Positions 37,858 to 48,325 are shown, numbered from the stretch's first letter. The stretch: 64,000 bases of DNA from Candidatus Saccharibacteria bacterium QS_5_54_17 (GCA_003022365.1 PXOU01000018.1:11900-75899); one strand, 5' to 3'. The notes: a model not told the origin generated them from the letters alone. Numbers and translations are program-made.

Positions 37858-38490
37858 ATGGCGGGAACCAAAAAGAACATTATCATAGGTGTGCTGGTGT
37901 TTTTGGTAGTAGTGCTGGGCTCGTTATCGGGCTGGGCGCTGCATCAATACCAGCAGGAGCGGACGGCCGTGCAACAGCGGATCGATGAGGAAGTCCAGAA
38001 GGCGCGGCAAGAACAGCGGCGAGCCGACGAAGCCCGGTTCGAACAGGAACGCAAAACACCCTATAAGGTGTATACGGCGCCGTCCGTTTACGGGTCTATC
38101 GCCATTTCCTACCCCAAGTCGTGGAGCGTCTACGTGGAAGACGACACCAGCGGCAACACCAACATAGATTTGTTTATACACCCGGACATTATCCGCCGGC
38201 AGGGTGGGCGTGACCGCCCGTTAGCTTTCCGCATGCAACTGGAAAATGGTCTGTTCGCTGATGTCACCGATGAGTACCGCAACGACGTGGAAAACGGTGA
38301 TTTAAAAGCCAGTGATGTCACCATTTCCGGCATAAAAGGGGTTCGATATGAAGGAAATATCCAAGATGACCACCAAGGCAGCCTGGTAGCCTTACCTTAT
38401 CGGGATCGGACCATATTGATGTGGATGGAAAGCCGGGATTTCTCCGAGGAGTTTAATACCATTCTGGAGCGGGTCGACATCACCCCCTAA
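37858..38490 (+). CDS. Hypothetical membrane-anchored protein
   Basis: N-terminal TM segment. No recognisable domain. Confidence 0.5.
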   Translation: MAGTKKNIIIGVLVFLVVVLGSLSGWALHQYQQERTAVQQRIDEEVQKARQEQRRADEARFEQERKTPYKVYTAPSVYGSIAISYPKSWSVYVEDDTSGNTNIDLFIHPDIIRRQGGRDRPLAFRMQLENGLFADVTDEYRNDVENGDLKASDVTISGIKGVRYEGNIQDDHQGSLVALPYRDRTILMWMESRDFSEEFNTILERVDITP

Positions 38491-38582
38491 AAGCTCTGCT
38501 GTTTGCGAATACCCCAGGGGAGTCTCATCGAAGCGGCGAGCGCGCGCCGCGTTGGAGGCGGGTTTACTGCTACAATGCCGGT

Positions 38583-39287
38583 ATGGGCAATCGGAATAGG
38601 CGAGGTGAGTTGGAGCTGATCGCGGCCGCCGCGCATGAGCTAAAAACCCCGTTGACGATCGTCCACGGGGTGAGCGCCATGCTAGCATCTGAGGCGTTTG
38701 GCGCCCTCAACGACCGGCAACAGGAGCAGATCGAGCATATCCGCCGGGCTGGCAACCGGATGAACGCCCTGGTGGAGAGTCTGTTGCATGTGGAGAACTT
38801 GCCCTATACCCAGGACATCCGACCGGTCCAGCTCCATAGCGAGTTGCAGGCGGTGATCGATGAGTTGAGCTCAACCGCCCAACAGCGAGATGTGTCCGTT
38901 CGCTGGCAGACGCGGCGGACGTTACCCCCTGTGCTGATCGACGCAAGCAGCAGCTATCAGCTCCTGAGCCACGCCCTGGCGGCGGTGATCAAACAGGTAC
39001 CCTCCGGCTCAGAGGTAGTGGTGCGAACCCGCCGCCGTGGTGATATGGTGGTCGTGCGCATCGACGCCCCCGGGGAGCCGATTACGCCCAAAGAGCTGAA
39101 CCGTATTGAGCACACCGTCGGCAAACAGATGCAACCGGTCGGGGCTTATGGATCAACGGGACTGAGTTGGTATATCGTCAAATCGATCATCAGCTTTTAT
39201 GAAGGGAAGCTGGGGGTGTCGCCACGGTCGGATTACACGGTCATATCGCTGCGGATCCCGATAAGTAATCAATTAAGCCTGTTTTGA
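38583..39287 (+). CDS. Soluble sensor histidine kinase (HisKA plus HATPase_c, no TM)
   Basis: H-box AAHELKTPL and G-box GSTGLSWYIV. Confidence 0.8.
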   Translation: MGNRNRRGELELIAAAAHELKTPLTIVHGVSAMLASEAFGALNDRQQEQIEHIRRAGNRMNALVESLLHVENLPYTQDIRPVQLHSELQAVIDELSSTAQQRDVSVRWQTRRTLPPVLIDASSSYQLLSHALAAVIKQVPSGSEVVVRTRRRGDMVVVRIDAPGEPITPKELNRIEHTVGKQMQPVGAYGSTGLSWYIVKSIISFYEGKLGVSPRSDYTVISLRIPISNQLSLF

Positions 39288-39600
39288 CGAAATAGGCGGC
39301 AGACAGGAAGAAGAAGCAAGGAGTAAGAAGTAGGGAGTAAGTGAGAAAATGCGAAGCCTCTTTGCCATTCCGAGCCCCCTCTGTCATTCCGAACTTGGTT
39401 CGGAATCGGCTGATACTGAAACAGATCCTGAAATAAATTCAGGATGACAAGGGAGGAGGATCCTGAAACAAGTTCAGGATGACAGTTCGGACCCACCTCT
39501 GAACCTGAAACGGATCCTGAAATTCAGGATGACACTCCTCTTTGTCATTCCGGCCCCCGTCCGCACTGAGCCATGTCGAAGTGAGCCCCGAATCCAGGGG
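39288..39600. repeat. Mosaic intergenic repeat array
   Basis: Sequence identity. Confidence 0.8.
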
Positions 39601-39682
39601 TAGGTGGCATAGGCAGGCTGGGTTTGTGTACAATAATGACTACCTTGAATGTAGCTTAGATATAAAAGATGAGGATACTCCG

Positions 39683-40051
39683 GTGAAAGTACTACTGGTG
39701 GAAGACGACGTCGATGTCAGTCTGATGTACGGGTCGCAACTGGAATTGGACCAACATGGGGTTACCTACGCCCGAACCGCTCAAGAAGCTCTGGACCTCA
39801 TGGAAGAGGCGGGCTTTGACGTGGTGGTGCTGGACATTCTGCTGCCGGGCAGTAACGGCATCGCGGTGTTGCAGGAATTGCAGGGATACGAAGATTGGCG
39901 CGGGACCCCGGTCGTGGTCTTGAGCAATCTGGACATCAAGGACTTGGGAGTAAGCGAGAACCACCTCCACGACTTGGGGGTGAAACAGTATTTGGTCAAA
40001 ATGCGAACCACGCCCGGCGATCTATCCTCAGCGGTAACATCGGCCGTTTAA
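39683..40051 (+). CDS. Single-domain response regulator
   Basis: VLLVEDD…LDILLPG receiver motifs. GTG start chosen; the track start at 39542 lies in a repeat. Confidence 0.7.
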   Translation: MKVLLVEDDVDVSLMYGSQLELDQHGVTYARTAQEALDLMEEAGFDVVVLDILLPGSNGIAVLQELQGYEDWRGTPVVVLSNLDIKDLGVSENHLHDLGVKQYLVKMRTTPGDLSSAVTSAV

Positions 40052-40070
40052 CGGGTATTATCAGGCGAAC

Positions 40071-40778
40071 ATGGCGACTTACAAAACGACCGGCATTATC
40101 CTGCGGCGCCACAACTACGGCGAGGCCGACCGCATATACACCATTCTGACTCCGGACGGCAAAATATCGGCCATTGCCAAAAGTGTGCGCCGGATCCGAG
40201 CCAAATTAGCCAGCCATTTGGAGGTGTTTACGACCATCGATTTGATGCTGGCTGAGGGTAAAAATTTGGATGTCATTACCGGTGCCCGCATCCGTGACCA
40301 GTACCCGCTTTCGGCGGATTACCAGCGGTTGCGGACCGGGTTTTTGTTCCTGGAAATGGCGGATAAACTGAGCCAGCAACAAGAAACGGGGGAAATATAT
40401 GCCTGTCTCCGGGAAGGGCTGGACGCCTTAGCCATCCATCCGCCACCGGCCGTGGAGCTGGCCTTCAAGTTGCGACTTTTGTATGCGCTGGGCCAGCAAC
40501 CGGATGTGGAAGTGAGCTGTGATAGCCGTAAACCGTTGCAGCCGGGTGCGACCTATTATTTCGATGTCACCCAGGGCGGGGTGGTGGAAGGTGCCATCCG
40601 GGACGGGGCTGCCCTTTCACCGGCGGCCGTTAAGCTGTGGCGGGTGTGTCTGCGAAGTAGCATCCACCAATCGGCCGGAATCACCGGTGCCCAAGCAGCA
40701 GCCGAGGAGAGCCTCCGGATCTGCGACCAATTTTACGACTATATGTACGGCATTCACTGCTATGCTTCGGACATATAA
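40071..40778 (+). CDS. recO: DNA repair protein RecO
   Basis: N-terminal OB fold GIILRRHNYGEADRI. Confidence 0.85.
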   Translation: MATYKTTGIILRRHNYGEADRIYTILTPDGKISAIAKSVRRIRAKLASHLEVFTTIDLMLAEGKNLDVITGARIRDQYPLSADYQRLRTGFLFLEMADKLSQQQETGEIYACLREGLDALAIHPPPAVELAFKLRLLYALGQQPDVEVSCDSRKPLQPGATYYFDVTQGGVVEGAIRDGAALSPAAVKLWRVCLRSSIHQSAGITGAQAAAEESLRICDQFYDYMYGIHCYASDI

Positions 40779-40893
40779 TCTGATAAATAGAACCGGTAAA
40801 TAAACCGGTAATAATTACCGGTTTAGTTCGTTGCAGGGGAACGACTAGACATGGTGATGCCGGTATGGTATATACATACAAATCAAGGATAAT

Positions 40894-41178
40894 ATGAAAA
40901 GGAATTTCCTGATGTATAATAGTAAGTTTAACCAAGTAACCGGACATAACCCGGGCACGGAAACGGGCGGCCAGGCAGCCACCAAGAACACGGAAGATGA
41001 TGTTGAAAAGGTGGTCCGGTTGGGTGATGTACAAAGTTCGGAGCAGGATAAAACCCGATTTGAAGAACCCCGATTTTTAGGGGAAGTGGCCGTTGCCGCT
41101 GCCCACCAAGAAACATCCGCCATAGTGGGTAGGTACGCGGACAAGTATGAAACAGCGGTAAGCGGTTCGGGGGACTAA
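40894..41178 (+). CDS. Small hypothetical protein (94 aa)
   Basis: AAGGA SD-like. No homology recognised. Confidence 0.3.
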   Translation: MKRNFLMYNSKFNQVTGHNPGTETGGQAATKNTEDDVEKVVRLGDVQSSEQDKTRFEEPRFLGEVAVAAAHQETSAIVGRYADKYETAVSGSGD

Positions 41179-41264
41179 CCCGCCTGGCTCATTGCCCGGA
41201 TTGGGCGGGGTAATTCACGCTGGCAACTTTATATCTACCCCTCTCATCAGCTATACTAACCCGC

Positions 41265-42638
41265 ATGAGTCAAAACAACCCCGATTTGGAAACATTGGTC
41301 AGCTTGGCCAAGCGGCGCGGCTTTATCTACCAGGGCAGCGGTATCTACGGCGGTCTGGCCGGTACCTGGGATTACGGACCTATGGGAGTGGAGCTGAAGC
41401 GGAATCTTCGTGACTTATGGTGGCGAATGTTCATGAGGGAACGTGATGATGTCTATGGCCTGGACACGGCCATTCTTATGAACCAGAAGGTATGGCAGGC
41501 CAGCGGGCATACCGGAGCCGGGTTTGCCGACCCCATGGTGGAAGACGTGGTGACCGGTGAACGCTACCGGGCCGATCACTTACTCGAGGAACATGGCGTG
41601 GAAAACGGGGAATCGCTGTCGCTTGCCGAGATCGATCAGATTATCAGCCAACGCGGGATTCTTAGTCCCAGTGGCAATTCGCTCAGCCAGTCCCGGGAAT
41701 ACAACATGATGTTCGAAACCTACGCCGGAGCCGTCCAGGATGAGACAAGCAAAACCTATCTCCGTCCCGAAACCGCCCAGGGTATGTTCGTCAATTTCCG
41801 GAATGTGGTGGATAGCTTGTACCCGGACTTGCCGTTCGGATTGGCACAAACGGGCCGGTGTTTCCGGAACGAGATCAGCCCGCGCGAGTTTTTGTTCCGG
41901 GTGCGCGAATTCGAGATCATGGAGCTGGAGTATTTCATAGAGCAACACGACTGGCAAAAGGTGTTCGAGGATTGGCGCCAGCAGTTTTACCGCTGGTGTG
42001 AAGCCGCCGGGCTGGACACCGAAAAGGTGCACGAACTGGACGTACCACAGGAGGAACGGGCCCATTATTCGGACAAAACGGTTGACTTCGAGTATGAATT
42101 CTCGTTCGGCACCAAGGAGATCGCGGCCGTAGCCTACCGGACGGACTTTGATCTGGGCAACCATACCGAGGAGTCCGGGGTCAGCCTCCAATACCCCAAA
42201 AAGGATCGCCAGGAACGCATCATCCCTCACGTTATCGAACCCACCTGGGGGTTAGACCGTAACCTATTGGCGGTGCTCTCCGAAGCCTATAGGGAGGAAG
42301 ATGTCGAGGGTGAAACCCGGGTGGTATTGGGGTTACCGTTTCGTCTGGCACCGGTGAAAGTAGCCGTCTTCCCGCTCTTGCAGAATAAACCCGAATTAGT
42401 CGAAAAAGCCCGTCAGGTATACCAGCAGCTGAAAAAAGAGTTCCCTGAGGTGATGTGGGACGGCAGCGGCAACGTCGGCAAACGCTACCGCCGTCAGGAC
42501 GAGATCGGCACTCCATACTGCGTGACGGTCGATTTCGATTCGCTGGAGGACGAATCGGTTACCGTCCGCGATCGTGACACCATGGAGCAGGAGCGGGTGA
42601 CTATCCAAGCTTTAAACAACTATATTGCTTCCCAGTAG
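41265..42638 (+). CDS. glyQS: Glycine--tRNA ligase (alpha2 dimeric type)
   Basis: Class II aaRS motifs and N-terminus LVSLAKRRGFIYQGSGIYGGL. Confidence 0.9.
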   Translation: MSQNNPDLETLVSLAKRRGFIYQGSGIYGGLAGTWDYGPMGVELKRNLRDLWWRMFMRERDDVYGLDTAILMNQKVWQASGHTGAGFADPMVEDVVTGERYRADHLLEEHGVENGESLSLAEIDQIISQRGILSPSGNSLSQSREYNMMFETYAGAVQDETSKTYLRPETAQGMFVNFRNVVDSLYPDLPFGLAQTGRCFRNEISPREFLFRVREFEIMELEYFIEQHDWQKVFEDWRQQFYRWCEAAGLDTEKVHELDVPQEERAHYSDKTVDFEYEFSFGTKEIAAVAYRTDFDLGNHTEESGVSLQYPKKDRQERIIPHVIEPTWGLDRNLLAVLSEAYREEDVEGETRVVLGLPFRLAPVKVAVFPLLQNKPELVEKARQVYQQLKKEFPEVMWDGSGNVGKRYRRQDEIGTPYCVTVDFDSLEDESVTVRDRDTMEQERVTIQALNNYIASQ

Positions 42639-42792
42639 TAGAGGAGTGGGGTTTAAAACGTGGCCGGATGTAATTACTCCCCAAGCCGATAGGCAAAAGA
42701 AGCCGGGACAGCCAAGATACTCGCCGGCCGCTGGGTCGTATTGGGTGGGTACGGCGGAAAGATCGACCCACTGCCTATGTGGCTGACCCTCC

Positions 42793-42822
42793 TTGCAAAA
42801 ACGGTAAAGTATGCCATAAAAT
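42793..42822 (+). promoter_or_regulatory. Candidate promoter TTGCAA-N18-TAAAAT
   Basis: 32 nt upstream of ATG 42854. Confidence 0.4.
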
Positions 42823-42853
42823 GCCGACGTCATAACACACGGAGCCAATACTC

Positions 42854-45058
42854 ATGAGTAACAACCCGGAAGCCCCACCAGGACAGACAACCCCACCGGG
42901 ACTACTTCCCGAGACTTATCAGGACTTACAAAAGTCAGGTGAAGTGGAGTGGGCTGTCCAACGAGAATCCGAGAAAGTCCCCAACGATCCCCACCAACGA
43001 GTAGCCACCTATCTGGGCTCACTAGTGGGCCGGCACGGTTTGCTGGGTGGATCGGAAGAGCGCCGCCAGTCCCAAGTCGCCCATCACGTCATGGACCCCG
43101 AAGACATTCCCGAAAGTTATTTCGAGCGGCAACGGGAAATCGCCCGCCAGCAGGGACACGGCGACATAGAGATTAACAATGAGATGCGCCGGCAGCACAC
43201 CGAAGCCCTCATCGCCGACCAAACGGCCAGCCTCAATGCCTGGGCTGAATACCTCAACGACCCCGATGCCGACTACCCAGCCTGGTTCCGCTACTACACC
43301 ATGCGCAACGTCCTTAAATTGGCTGATTACGACAAGGAAAAGGGGAGGTTCAGGAAACGCAGCAACAAAACCACCGCACCCTACCCGGAACTCAACCGCG
43401 AAGCCCTGGCCTACGTCTACGAGCGGCTCAACCGAAGGCTAAAGGGTGAGGAACAGAACGATGAACAACTCCAAGAACTCGTCCAACAAGCCAACTTCAA
43501 CAAACTCTACTCCCATGCCCTGGCCGAGTGCGTCCCCTCAGATCAGGAACAACTGCAAAGCACAGCCGGGGAATGGACCACCTATCAGCAGCTCGACCCT
43601 GAAGAAAACACAGAACGGGCTCGTCAACTGGCCCAGTCATTGCAAGGGTATGGCACCGGCTGGTGTACCGCCGGCGAAAGTACGGCCGAGCGGCACCTAA
43701 GACAAGGCGACTTCCATGTTTACTACTCCTATGACGAGGACGGGCAAGCGACCGTCCCCCGCGTGGCAGTGCGGATGGAGAACGGCCAGGTGGCCGAAGT
43801 CCGGGGTATCGCGCCCGACCAGAACCTGGAGCCGGCCATCACCGACATCGCTATGGAACGCCTCCAGGAACTACCCGGTGGCGAGGAATACCTCCAAGCC
43901 GCTGAGGGCATGAACCGGGTCACCGACATCGAAGCCCGGGCCCGCCAGGGACAGGAACTGACCGCCCGGGATATCTACTTCCTACGTGAGTACGGCGGCC
44001 AAATCCAAAATTTCGGCTACGGTAGAGACCCCCGAATAGATGAACTACTCCAAGACCGGGATCCGGAAGCGGACATGGACAGAATGATGGAAGAATTCGA
44101 CCACCCTCAACTAGCCCGGGATATGCTCAAATCCGGTGAAAGCGGGCGAAGCGATCTTGCCGACAACTTGGACAAGTTCCCACCCGAGGCCGTCGACCAG
44201 GTTCAACTGGCCCGGGAGCTTAGGGACAGTGGGCGCCCGGGAGATATGGAAATTCTCGCCCAAAACCTGGACAAGTTCCAACCTGATGCTCTCGACCACG
44301 CTGAATTTGCTCGAGATCTAATGAACGGGGGCTTGGAGTATATCCTCGCCGCCAACCTGGATAAGTTCCCAGAAGGCGCTGTCGATCATGCCAAATTTGC
44401 TCGGGATCTGATGGAGAGGAATAAGGAAATCCTCGCCAACAACCTGGATAAGTTCCCAGAAGGCGCTGTCGATCATGCCCAACTGGCCCGTCGTCTGGTG
44501 GACGGGGGCAGGGGGCATATTGTCGCCCAAAACCTGGATAAGTTCCCAGAAGGCGCTGTCGATCATGCCAAATTTGCTCGGGATCTGCTCGAATCCGGTC
44601 TATCCGGCCAAAAAATCCTCGCCCAAAACCTAAACAAATTCCGACTCGAGGCCGTCGACCAGGCCCAACTAGCATGCCGTCTGATGAACAATGGCGGGGT
44701 GGCCATCCTCGTCGACAACCTGCACAAGTTCCAACCCGAGTCCGTCAATTATACCGAATTGGCTCAATATCTGATGAACAATGGCGTGTATGGTATAGAA
44801 ACTCTCACTGACAACTTGGACAAGTTCCCATATGGTGCTGTCGACCACGCTGAATTGGTTCGCCGTATGATGAATAATGGCTCGAACGCTATCCTCGCCT
44901 GCAACCTGGACAAGTTCCAACCCGAGGCTGTTAACCAGCTCCAACTGGCCCGCAATCTGCTCGAATCCGGTGAAGAAGGCCGACACATCCTCGCCGACAA
45001 CCTACACAAGTTTCAGGAGCTACCCGATGATGTCCGGGAAAAATTGCCGGCAATATAG
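42854..45058 (+). CDS. Hypothetical cytoplasmic protein: ~420-aa N-terminal region plus ~12 tandem 29-30-aa repeats (NLDKFPEGAVDHAKFARDL…)
   Basis: GGAG SD. Clear periodic repeats at the protein and DNA level. Confidence 0.7.
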   Translation: MSNNPEAPPGQTTPPGLLPETYQDLQKSGEVEWAVQRESEKVPNDPHQRVATYLGSLVGRHGLLGGSEERRQSQVAHHVMDPEDIPESYFERQREIARQQGHGDIEINNEMRRQHTEALIADQTASLNAWAEYLNDPDADYPAWFRYYTMRNVLKLADYDKEKGRFRKRSNKTTAPYPELNREALAYVYERLNRRLKGEEQNDEQLQELVQQANFNKLYSHALAECVPSDQEQLQSTAGEWTTYQQLDPEENTERARQLAQSLQGYGTGWCTAGESTAERHLRQGDFHVYYSYDEDGQATVPRVAVRMENGQVAEVRGIAPDQNLEPAITDIAMERLQELPGGEEYLQAAEGMNRVTDIEARARQGQELTARDIYFLREYGGQIQNFGYGRDPRIDELLQDRDPEADMDRMMEEFDHPQLARDMLKSGESGRSDLADNLDKFPPEAVDQVQLARELRDSGRPGDMEILAQNLDKFQPDALDHAEFARDLMNGGLEYILAANLDKFPEGAVDHAKFARDLMERNKEILANNLDKFPEGAVDHAQLARRLVDGGRGHIVAQNLDKFPEGAVDHAKFARDLLESGLSGQKILAQNLNKFRLEAVDQAQLACRLMNNGGVAILVDNLHKFQPESVNYTELAQYLMNNGVYGIETLTDNLDKFPYGAVDHAELVRRMMNNGSNAILACNLDKFQPEAVNQLQLARNLLESGEEGRHILADNLHKFQELPDDVREKLPAI

Positions 45059-45250
45059 TTTCCCGGGTGCGGTAACCTCCAGGGGTGAATAACCCCGGAT
45101 ATCCGCTTTCTGGACGGCCTGGCTGGAAAAGGTAAGACGGCGGCAAGCGCTATAAACTGCCCGACACTTGGTTGTGACGTGGAAGGTGTAATATCGGAAT
45201 ATTTTGCGTTGTAGACAGTTTATTGTACAATAGGGAAAAGGAGAAACCCC

Positions 45251-46108
45251 ATGCATTCCGAGCAGAGAGGCGAAGGGGGAGCAGCAGATAATTATTCCGA
45301 TATGGCATCGACTGCCGAATACGCACCTGACTCGGCCGTTTTTTTCGAGCGCATTGCCGATCAGTCCTGGATGAGTGGGGAGGTTACCGAGAAATCCACG
45401 GCCCGCTTGAAGAGTGAACTCGACCAACAAGCCCGCCCGGCATTGGATGAATGGAGCTGGTTGTGGACACACCATTTGTTGCAATTGACCGATTATATGC
45501 GGCAGGCGGCTCGTCAAGAACCGAATATCGAAAACCTGGGAGTGTCAGATCCGGATACCCACCCGGAGATGCATCAGGAAATATCGGAAACCTCGCATAT
45601 GCCGGAAGGTATGAACGTCGATCATGAGTTGTTGCAACAGATTTTTGCAGTGGTGAGCGGGCACGTAATGGGGGAAGCGGCCCATTCACCCCGGACCACT
45701 GAGCCTGAGCAAGTGAGGGATAGGTGGTCGGAGGTGATGGGCGTTAACGGGGATAACCAAGCACCAAATCAAGCACATGCGAGCTCAGATCAGCTGGATA
45801 TGTACGCCCATCTTGAGACCACCTTCGATTCCATGCAGGTGATGCTGAATGCCCGGAACTTGATTATTGATCGGATCAGCGACATGAAAGCCCAGCTGGA
45901 CATGCAACCCGTCCAACAGGCCCGGCGGGACGAACTGTTCGACAAGGCGGAACGTCTGGCCCGGCACATCACCACGTCGTCAGAAGGTGAATCGCCTGCC
46001 AACGATGTCGACGAGACGTTTGTTGCCATCGCCCGGGACACCATCCGGCTTATACACGACAACAGTGTGGCGCGCCAGCACCGGCTCCGGCAAACCAACC
46101 CTGCCTGA
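45251..46108 (+). CDS. Hypothetical acidic protein
   Basis: AAAAGGAG SD. Follows the repeat protein on the same strand. Confidence 0.55.
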   Translation: MHSEQRGEGGAADNYSDMASTAEYAPDSAVFFERIADQSWMSGEVTEKSTARLKSELDQQARPALDEWSWLWTHHLLQLTDYMRQAARQEPNIENLGVSDPDTHPEMHQEISETSHMPEGMNVDHELLQQIFAVVSGHVMGEAAHSPRTTEPEQVRDRWSEVMGVNGDNQAPNQAHASSDQLDMYAHLETTFDSMQVMLNARNLIIDRISDMKAQLDMQPVQQARRDELFDKAERLARHITTSSEGESPANDVDETFVAIARDTIRLIHDNSVARQHRLRQTNPA

Positions 46109-46555
46109 GGAACAAGAAGCAAGCAGTAAGAAGCAAGAAGTAAGGAGCAAGCGGGGGTCAGTAGACAGGAGACGGTAGACAGTAGACAGGGAACAAAAAA
46201 CAAGAAGCAGGAAGTAAGGAGGAAGAAGTAAGTAGGAAATGCAAAGCCTCTTTGTCATTCCGGCCCCCGCCCGCACTGAGCAAGGTCGAAGTGAGCCCCG
46301 AATCCATGAAGCCGATATGGTTTAGAAACTGATCCTGAAACAAGTTCAGGATGACAAGAGAGGAAGATCCTGAAATAAATTCAGGATGACAATTTAGGGG
46401 TGACACTCCTCTCCGTCATTCCGAACTTGGTTCGGAATCGTTTCTACAACTGATCCTGAAACCGATCCTGAAATAAATTCAGAGCCTGTCCTGAACTTGT
46501 TTCAGGAATGACATCTTCAGAGCCTGTTGTTTCTCACCCCCTGTCGGACGAGGAT
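46109..46555. repeat. Mosaic intergenic repeat array
   Basis: Sequence identity. Confidence 0.8.
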
Positions 46556-47685
46556 TACTGGGGCGAAATACGCAGAATCCGGTCGTCGTTTTCTCCCGGG
46601 TCGCCGCGGCCGTCGCCATTGTTAGTTAATAGGTAGAGCTCCTCATCTGGGCCTTGGTGAACCGTGCGCAATCTGCCGTGGGTGTTGTGGAGTAAGCGCT
46701 CCAGCCGGCCTGAGGCGGGGTCATACCGCCAAAGACTTTGGCTCCGGAGGCCGGCGAAAAGCAATCTATCCTGCCACCTGGTGGGCAGCGCCTCACCGGT
46801 GTAGAATGCCGCTCCCGACGGCGCCCAGGTAATGTTGCCGCTGCTCTTGATGGGATCCTGATAATTTTCTACCGGCGCTCGCCCTGGCGAGTTATCAGCA
46901 TTACCCTCCACCTCCGGCCAACCATAATTGGCGCTCGGCTTGATGAGATTGATTTCGTCACGGGCTTTTGATCCGTGCTCGGTGGCGTACAGTTGACCGT
47001 CACCGTCCCAGGCCAATCCTTGGACGTTCCGGTGGCCGTGGGAATATACATAGGAATTGGGGTCCGGGTTGTCGACCGGGATACTGCCATCGGGAGTTAT
47101 GCGGAGGATTTTACCGGCCCGTGACTCCATGTCTTGCGCCGACGCCGGTGTCCGGGCGTCGCCGGTGCCCGCGTACAACATACCGTTGGGGCCGAACTCG
47201 ATCCGTCCGCCATTGTGGAAGGCAGCGCCGGGAATATTGTCGACCAGGATTTTCTCTTCCACCAGTTCATCGCCATTAAACCGGAACCGGGAGACGCGGT
47301 TGGTCTGCTCAGCACCCGTGTAGTAGATATATACGTATTGGTTGCTGGCGAAATCAGGGTCGAGTGCCAACCCCATCGTGCCGCCTTCGCTTTCGGCCCG
47401 GGGTAATTCCAGAATGGCCGGCTCCTGGAGTTCGCCGCCGCGGATGCGCTTTACCGTGCCGGGACGTTGGGTAAAAAATATGTCGCCGTCCTGGGTAAAG
47501 TCCAGGTCCCACGGGACGTTCAGATTGCTGGCCACGGTTTCGATGGTGACTCCCGCAGCGTCGCCGCGCTCGACCTGGCTGCCGGGCGGTTCCGCTATGG
47601 GAGCCGCCGGCAACCGGGTATAAACCAGCCACCCGACCCCGGCGACAAGGATGATAACTCCACTGATTATGAGCTTTCGGCGCAT
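46555..47685 (-). CDS. PQQ-dependent soluble sugar (glucose/sorbosone) dehydrogenase-like beta-propeller
   Basis: Family-like blades (GWPEVEG, LYATEHG). Signal anchor. Start chosen at MRRKLII; upstream residues in the track ORF come from a repeat. Confidence 0.8.
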   Translation of the reverse strand: MRRKLIISGVIILVAGVGWLVYTRLPAAPIAEPPGSQVERGDAAGVTIETVASNLNVPWDLDFTQDGDIFFTQRPGTVKRIRGGELQEPAILELPRAESEGGTMGLALDPDFASNQYVYIYYTGAEQTNRVSRFRFNGDELVEEKILVDNIPGAAFHNGGRIEFGPNGMLYAGTGDARTPASAQDMESRAGKILRITPDGSIPVDNPDPNSYVYSHGHRNVQGLAWDGDGQLYATEHGSKARDEINLIKPSANYGWPEVEGNADNSPGRAPVENYQDPIKSSGNITWAPSGAAFYTGEALPTRWQDRLLFAGLRSQSLWRYDPASGRLERLLHNTHGRLRTVHQGPDEELYLLTNNGDGRGDPGENDDRILRISPQ

Positions 47686-47689
47686 ACGA

Positions 47690-48060
47690 ACGATTATAGC
47701 AGGCGGGAACAGGGAACAGGGAACAGGGAGCAAGGAGCAAGGAGCAAGGAGCAAGAAGTAAGCAGTAAGCAGGAAAATACAAACCTCCTCTGTCATTCTG
47801 AACTTGGTTCAGAATCTAATTATGCAATCCGGAAACGGATCCCGAATCGACAATTGCAAGGACCGTCCCTGCAATACATAAATGCCGCATAAGCTTTTGT
47901 TTAGCAAATCTTGCAAGGACGGTCCTTGCAATTGCGTGTCACCTCTCACGCTTGCTTCTTACTGCTTACTCCTTGCTTCTTGTTCCTGTTATCCTGAAGA
48001 CGTCATCCCGGACTCCGATCCGGGATCCGTTTCAGGATCCTTTATAAGAACCACGGAAAA
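47690..48060. repeat. Mosaic intergenic repeat array (variant twin-palindrome element 47861-47933)
   Basis: Sequence identity. Confidence 0.8.
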
Positions 48061-48162
48061 AGGAAGCGGGTGCTGTTACTCCGCGTACATGTAGCGTCGT
48101 AGGTACTATGCTCGGCCCCATATACACTTTTGGGCCTGTGTTCGGAAAAATTTCGGTCCCGG

Positions 48163-48221
48163 GTGGGTAGACGTGGGTAGTTACATATACTAAATTGGAA
48201 TTAGTGGGTAGCAGTGGGTAA
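48163..48221 (+). promoter_or_regulatory. Four direct repeats GTGGGTA(G/A) in two pairs (48163, 48173, 48204, 48214): candidate MraZ operator
   Basis: Seen in sequence ~100 nt upstream of mraZ, with 10-bp periodicity. Confidence 0.5.
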
Positions 48222-48325
48222 ACGCCCAGCACCTTTTCCACCTATACACAGCCAGGACGCGCTCCGCTGAACCCAGGATGGGAAAAGGGAAGGCAAACGC
48301 CCACCTAAATCCAAGGGTAATTAAC

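Noticed and set aside
41179-41264. T-box leader upstream of glyQS
   Set aside because: No T-box consensus or specifier/antiterminator arrangement is recognisable in the 86-nt gap.
44111-44986. Multiple minus-strand ORFs inside the 42854-45058 repeat protein gene
   Set aside because: Artefacts of the near-identical DNA repeats. The plus-strand frame encodes coherent 29-aa protein repeats.
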